In this document: positions 59,432 to 64,000 of the stretch, in pieces
Layout of the letters: each line of letters opens with the position of its first letter
Numbering within the stretch: position 1 is the stretch's first letter
The notes under the pieces: model-generated
What the model saw: only the letters and a program-made list of their open reading frames with translations
Databases searched by the model: none
Told to the model about the DNA's origin: nothing
Made by a program: the position numbers and the translations under genes
NCBI RefSeq assembly: GCF_004765795.1
Contig: NZ_SBIV01000007.1
Location: 124,001 to 188,000, forward strand
DNA: 64,000 bases
Direction of reading: 5' to 3'
From: Halorussus marinus
GTDB lineage: Archaea; Halobacteriota; Halobacteria; Halobacteriales; Haladaptataceae

Positions 59432-60313
59432 TCAAGTAGTCTCTAGTTCCGCAACGAAGATAACGTGTCGCAGGAACGGCAGCGCGTGGTGAGCCTTCCG
59501 TACCTGCTCAGTAATCGCTGGGGGATCGAGATCATACGCTCCTAACAGTCGTTCAATGAGAGCCCGGAGCGGGCTCGTGAGTAGCTGGAGGTACAGCGTC
59601 GTCCACTTTCGGAAGCGTCCGACGCTGTGTTTCGTGATATCTTCGACCGCTTTGAGCTCAAAGCTCGTCTCGTCGAGAGCAGCTTTGTATCCTTCAACAG
59701 TACCCAAGGACGGCATATCCCACGCATCCGCAAATGAATCGACCAATCTCCGTTCCGTTTCAGTCACGTCTGACTGCATCACGAGATCGGAGACTACGAG
59801 AACCCCCTCGGGTTCGAGGGTATCTGCGACTGTAGCGAAAACGCGATTCCGCTCGGGGAGGTATACGAGTGCGTCGATGGCTGTACACGCGGTAAACGAG
59901 TCCCTGGTAAACGGGAGTTGTGTCGCGTCACCGATGATGAACTCGGAATCGAGGTGCTTACCCCGTGCGTTCTCGGTTGCCATCTGGATGTTGTACGGAA
60001 CGAGGTCGACACCAGTGACGTTGAAGCCGAACTGATAGGCGAGGTGGAGGGCTGGACCCCCCCGACCGCAGCCGACATCGAGGAGGCGCACTCCGTCGGT
60101 TGTGGGTAGATGCGACGCGACCCTTGAGCCGACTTCCGTGACGAGGCGACGTTGACTCGAACCGGCTATATGTGGCTGGTACCACTCCGAGTAGCCGAGA
60201 TTGAGGAACTCGTCAGTATCGAACAGGAGGTCGAACGCCCGCCAGATATCGGCTCGCTCGCCGCGGTAAGAAAACTGGTCGGTGATTCGGTGGCGGAGAG
60301 TACTCTGATCCAT
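59432..60313 (-). CDS. Class I SAM-dependent methyltransferase
   Basis: LNLGY, LLDVGCGRGG, GDATQLPF. Confidence 0.85.
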   Translation of the reverse strand: MDQSTLRHRITDQFSYRGERADIWRAFDLLFDTDEFLNLGYSEWYQPHIAGSSQRRLVTEVGSRVASHLPTTDGVRLLDVGCGRGGPALHLAYQFGFNVTGVDLVPYNIQMATENARGKHLDSEFIIGDATQLPFTRDSFTACTAIDALVYLPERNRVFATVADTLEPEGVLVVSDLVMQSDVTETERRLVDSFADAWDMPSLGTVEGYKAALDETSFELKAVEDITKHSVGRFRKWTTLYLQLLTSPLRALIERLLGAYDLDPPAITEQVRKAHHALPFLRHVIFVAELETT

Positions 60314-60320
60314 CGGCCAC

Positions 60321-60692
60321 CTACTCGAGTTCGGAAACCTCCGAATAGCAGTACTCGGATTCGTCGCAGTACGCGAGGTCGGCACACCCGCGAGGACGCT
60401 GGTAGTCGATTCCCTTGTGCCGTCGGAGATACGTCACGTATCCGTCGTCGACGCGGTCCAGGATGTCGTGACAGATCCACTTCTCCCTAACCCACGTAGT
60501 GCCCAGATTTCGGTACGGACACAGGAAGATCGTCCGTTCGACCGAATCAACCTGTGGCGTCTCGACGATCCGGACACCGACAAGGCGATAGGCGATGCGA
60601 AGACGGGTAACGACCGATTCTGGCGTATTCGCGCCGAGGAAAAGGACGTATGCAAGCACGTATCCGAGATCGTGGAGGAGTCGTCGAATCAT
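60321..60692 (-). CDS. Small Cys-containing hypothetical protein
   Basis: CPY, ICH, GC...C...C; 7-nt gap to the methyltransferase. Confidence 0.6.
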   Translation of the reverse strand: MIRRLLHDLGYVLAYVLFLGANTPESVVTRLRIAYRLVGVRIVETPQVDSVERTIFLCPYRNLGTTWVREKWICHDILDRVDDGYVTYLRRHKGIDYQRPRGCADLAYCDESEYCYSEVSELE

Positions 60693-60744
60693 TGTTTAGG
60701 GTGTCGACTGCCGTCCCAAAGTATCTTGACCAGGTGTTTTCTGT

Positions 60745-61269
60745 TCAGATTTCGGTGTACACGTCACCTGTCTTTCCGCCGCCGAGTTTGTAGACGGTGA
60801 ATGTGTCGGACTTCGTCCCGCCCATCCCCGGCGATCCAGCCGGCATCCCGGGCAACGCGATGCCGTCAATCGCCGGCTCTTCCTCGAGCATCGTCGCGAT
60901 AACCTCGGCAGGAACATGTCCTTCGACGACGTACTCGTCGAGGACGAGTGTGTGACAGCTCTGTAGATCCGATGGAATACCGTGTTGGCGCTTGAGATCC
61001 GTCACGTCCTCGGTTTCGGTTTCCCCGAGCGTCGTGTCGAGCTGTTCCCGCAGGTACGACGCATATTTTCCACAACAGCTACAGCCTGGTGAACTGTATT
61101 GTTGGGCGTTCGTCACCGCTAGCGTTCCCTCGATATCCCACTCATCCCCACTCGATGACCCCAAACAACCGGCGGTTCCGAGTGCGACTGTCGTCGCACC
61201 GACCCGTAGTAGTTCGCGACGAGTTACGGCCCGTTCCATATGCTCGTCACTTGGCTCGGAAGTATTCAA
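60745..61269 (-). CDS. DUF411-family metal-binding Tat lipoprotein
   Basis: TRRELL, AGC lipobox, PGCSCC, SCHT, EGHVP, PGMPAGSPGM. Confidence 0.85.
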   Translation of the reverse strand: MNTSEPSDEHMERAVTRRELLRVGATTVALGTAGCLGSSSGDEWDIEGTLAVTNAQQYSSPGCSCCGKYASYLREQLDTTLGETETEDVTDLKRQHGIPSDLQSCHTLVLDEYVVEGHVPAEVIATMLEEEPAIDGIALPGMPAGSPGMGGTKSDTFTVYKLGGGKTGDVYTEI

Positions 61270-61695
61270 TTGTACGTCGACCTTTCCTGTGTATTGAGAA
61301 CGGATTCAAGCACGACGGGGAAGGTGACTTTCAGTTCTGAGGAGGAAACCCCAAAGGTCAGAGTCCCGTATTCGTCTCTATGTGGCGACCCTCATCGGTC
61401 GAGGGTGCTGCCGTGACGGTTTTCCGTCAACGAGCATATCGGCCTTAAATTGCGCCCAACATGACCCAGAGCATGACTCGTCGCACCGACTCCGACACTT
61501 CACTCCTCGAAACTGTGGGAAATACGCTCTCGTCGAACTGATGCGACTCCAAACGACGTCTCCACTCTTTTCGAAATAGACGTGCTATAGCGAGTTACTT
61601 GCGATAAAAGCCTCAAGTCACCACCCCAGAGACTGTTCTCCCGGTTTCGATTCTTAACAGAAAGCACGGTAAATCGTCGTTACGTATAGATATGT

Positions 61696-62694
61696 ATGAA
61701 CTCCCCCAGCCATCTAGAAGTTCGAGAAGGTGCGGACATCAACCTGTACAACCAGATCCTCATTCCACTCTACGGAGCTGATATAAGGGACTCAGTGGTC
61801 CAATATGGCCTATCACTTGCAGAAACGTATGATGCGGCTCTCCACGTATTATCTATTCAAGATGAGGAACGCACGGAGGTGGAATCCGACCAAGTCACTA
61901 AACAAGAGGAATGGGACGCAGCAGCGGTAATTGAACCCGTGGTGGATCAGGCCCACTCGCTCGGACTCAATGTGATACCAGCAGTGGATAGTGGGCACTC
62001 TCCAGGTGTTATTCGGGAATACGCTGAGGAGAATGATATCGATTTGCTTGTCCACCAGAAACCTACACAGACTAGATTAGCACGAATTCTCCGGAGAGAC
62101 GTCTCCAGCCACATCATTCAAAATATCTCTCTTCCTGTCTTGACGATACCTGATATGGATCCCTCTGGTCCGGTAGGAGAGTTATCTACTAGTCAGTTCA
62201 CAGATATTCTCGTGCCTACGGATGGATACGACGAGGCATCTGTGGCCTTCAAACATGGGCTACAAATTGCTAAACGGTATGATGCAACCCTACATGGACT
62301 TTTTGTCATTTCCGAACAGTCCTATTCGAGTCGGCCTGGATTCACGTGGGAAGAGGTCACTGACTCTTGGGAACAGCGGGGAACTCGGCTCTTGGAGGAC
62401 ATTACGGAGAAGGCAGCGACCTTGGACGTTCCTGTCCGAACTACGTTGAGCTTTGGTCAACCTCAGCAGGAGATTCTCAAATACACTGAGGTGACTGACA
62501 TCGATCTTGTTACAATGGGGACACGAGGATTGACTGGCATTCGTCGGCTATTACAGGGAAGCGTCGCAGCTCAAGTGATCGAGGAAGCAGATTACCCCGT
62601 TCTAACGATTAACCGGGGGACAGCTGAATTGAAAAAACACCCGTACACCTTTCTTCGAAAGACAAACCAGAATCGGAAGTCAAGGCTATATTGA
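61696..62694 (+). CDS. Universal stress protein, tandem UspA domains
   Basis: ILVPTDG, DLVTMGTRG...GSVA. Confidence 0.88.
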   Translation: MNSPSHLEVREGADINLYNQILIPLYGADIRDSVVQYGLSLAETYDAALHVLSIQDEERTEVESDQVTKQEEWDAAAVIEPVVDQAHSLGLNVIPAVDSGHSPGVIREYAEENDIDLLVHQKPTQTRLARILRRDVSSHIIQNISLPVLTIPDMDPSGPVGELSTSQFTDILVPTDGYDEASVAFKHGLQIAKRYDATLHGLFVISEQSYSSRPGFTWEEVTDSWEQRGTRLLEDITEKAATLDVPVRTTLSFGQPQQEILKYTEVTDIDLVTMGTRGLTGIRRLLQGSVAAQVIEEADYPVLTINRGTAELKKHPYTFLRKTNQNRKSRLY

Positions 62695-62958
62695 AATATT
62701 ATTTGTAGTATACTAATTTCAGTATTAAATTCGTAAATTTCAATTGCGTATTGATTTCCGTTTCTTCTACCAAACCAAAGAGTGTTAAGTTCGTTCTGCT
62801 GAATAAAGCGTGCGTACTGACCAGAAGGAAAACCAAGAAACGATAGGGCTACTCCTGAAAATCGTATTTGTCTTCACGTTTAGGTACATAAGATGGACGT
62901 TAGTGCGAGCAACGCGAAAAGTTAACTGGCAAATGGCTCCACGGACTGAGTTGTTGAA

Positions 62959-63246
62959 CTAGTCGTCCATGCCGGATGGGGTTTGGCCCGTAGTCGATCC
63001 CGACGGTGCCGACCCTGCGGCAAACTTGTAAACGGCGACGAGTCCCCAAATCACCAAGCCGAGCAGGATGATGCCCGCCCTAATGTCGATGGGGACCACT
63101 GCAGCGTGTTCGATTGCTCCCTCGCTATCGACTGGGTGCCCGGCTCCCAGTAGCATGTCGAGCAGGCCGATCACGACGACGCCCAAGACAACCAGGCCAC
63201 CGCCGACGTACATGGCGATTTGGTCGGCCGTTGATAAGTCACTCAT
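62959..63246 (-). CDS. Small two-TM membrane protein
   Basis: Two hydrophobic helices; 6 nt downstream of doxX. Confidence 0.7.
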   Translation of the reverse strand: MSDLSTADQIAMYVGGGLVVLGVVVIGLLDMLLGAGHPVDSEGAIEHAAVVPIDIRAGIILLGLVIWGLVAVYKFAAGSAPSGSTTGQTPSGMDD

Positions 63247-63252
63247 TGGTAG

Positions 63253-63786
63253 TCACCCGAGGAGTTTCCGTAATCGCGTGTTCTCGAACAGTTCCATCTC
63301 ACGCAGGCGGTTATCGACTGCCAGGACGCCGCCCGCTCCAAGTGCCACAATGGTTCCGAAGACCATGATCCCAAGGAGTTCACCCGTGACCATACCGTTG
63401 GCCCAGCCGCCACCGTAGCCGTTGATGAAGTAGAAGAACAGCATCATGAAGGCACCGAAGAAGGCGGCGGTCCTCGTGAGGACACCGAGTATCAGCCCGA
63501 GACCGATGGCGGTTTGCCCAAGCGGTACCGCCACGTTGACGAACGCCAACAGGATGCCGTCGCTGAACGGCGTGACGAAGGGGGCGAGAATCGTGCCCTG
63601 AGCGGCTCCGCCGACGAACCAGCTGGCGTCGAAGGGCCACGCCCAGATCTTGTCAAGGCCGGCGTGGAGCATCCACCACCCGGCGGTCAGCCGGAGCAGC
63701 AGGATCCAATACGACAACCAGGCTCCTGAGACCGAGAACGACGTCTCAGTTCCGAGAAATCTCGTTCGAATGGATTGTGTTGACAT
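63253..63786 (-). CDS. DoxX-family membrane protein
   Basis: LLRLTAGWWMLHAGLDK...IGLGLILGVLTRTAA. Confidence 0.82.
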   Translation of the reverse strand: MSTQSIRTRFLGTETSFSVSGAWLSYWILLLRLTAGWWMLHAGLDKIWAWPFDASWFVGGAAQGTILAPFVTPFSDGILLAFVNVAVPLGQTAIGLGLILGVLTRTAAFFGAFMMLFFYFINGYGGGWANGMVTGELLGIMVFGTIVALGAGGVLAVDNRLREMELFENTRLRKLLG

Positions 63787-64000
63787 GGCATACTTCACCT
63801 CACGACTGGGTTTATCAGAAGTGGTAAAAAGATTGGTGGTGGTTCGTGATCTCTAAGAGTCGGGGCTCATTGCAGGAACGCGGGTGTCAAAGGTGAGTTG
63901 GATGATCCTCAAGAAGGAATTCGGTCACCCTCAACGCACTGATTGTGTGCTGGGGCATGTAAGCAGGAGCACCGATGAATCTGAGCCCACCGATTTCTGG

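Noticed and set aside
1..64000. CRISPR array, tRNA or rRNA genes
   Set aside because: No regularly spaced direct repeats or recognisable structural RNA seen by eye; the four inverted-repeat sites are kilobases apart. A tRNAscan/Infernal run would be needed to be sure.

Overview
Haloarchaeal (class Halobacteria) accessory DNA, probably from a megaplasmid or secondary replicon. This rests on very acidic proteins, high GC, TBP paralogues, ISH-type insertion sequences and a ParA module. No rRNA, tRNA or CRISPR array was seen. There are three zones. (1) About 1-25.5 kb is a defence-like island: a type I R-M operon with TWO HsdM genes (motif IV NFPF and NFPY), a stand-alone EVE/PUA-like protein, two divergent TBPs, an uncharacterised XPB-like helicase operon, a NERD/PD-(D/E)xK nuclease, AbiEi, Fic/Doc and HEPN genes. 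Four copies of a 45-47 bp inverted-repeat site (TCTTACCWAAC-N23-25-RTTWGGTAAGA) punctuate this zone and divide it into cassette-like modules. One module holds two paralogous proteins and the helicase C-terminus, which together carry five copies of the same unrecognised ~90-110 aa domain. This module and the site array are the best candidates for an undescribed system. (2) About 25.7-45.2 kb is plasmid-type backbone with many TA genes, intact and decayed IS elements, a transposase::histidine kinase chimera, a dispersed upstream hairpin motif and a tyrosine recombinase. (3) About 45.2-64 kb is a heavy-metal/copper-associated island (P1B ATPase, HMA, YHS/TRASH proteins, SHOCT proteins, cupredoxin, DUF302, DUF411, ABC exporter, USP, DoxX). 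All family assignments come from motifs read by eye, not from database searches.
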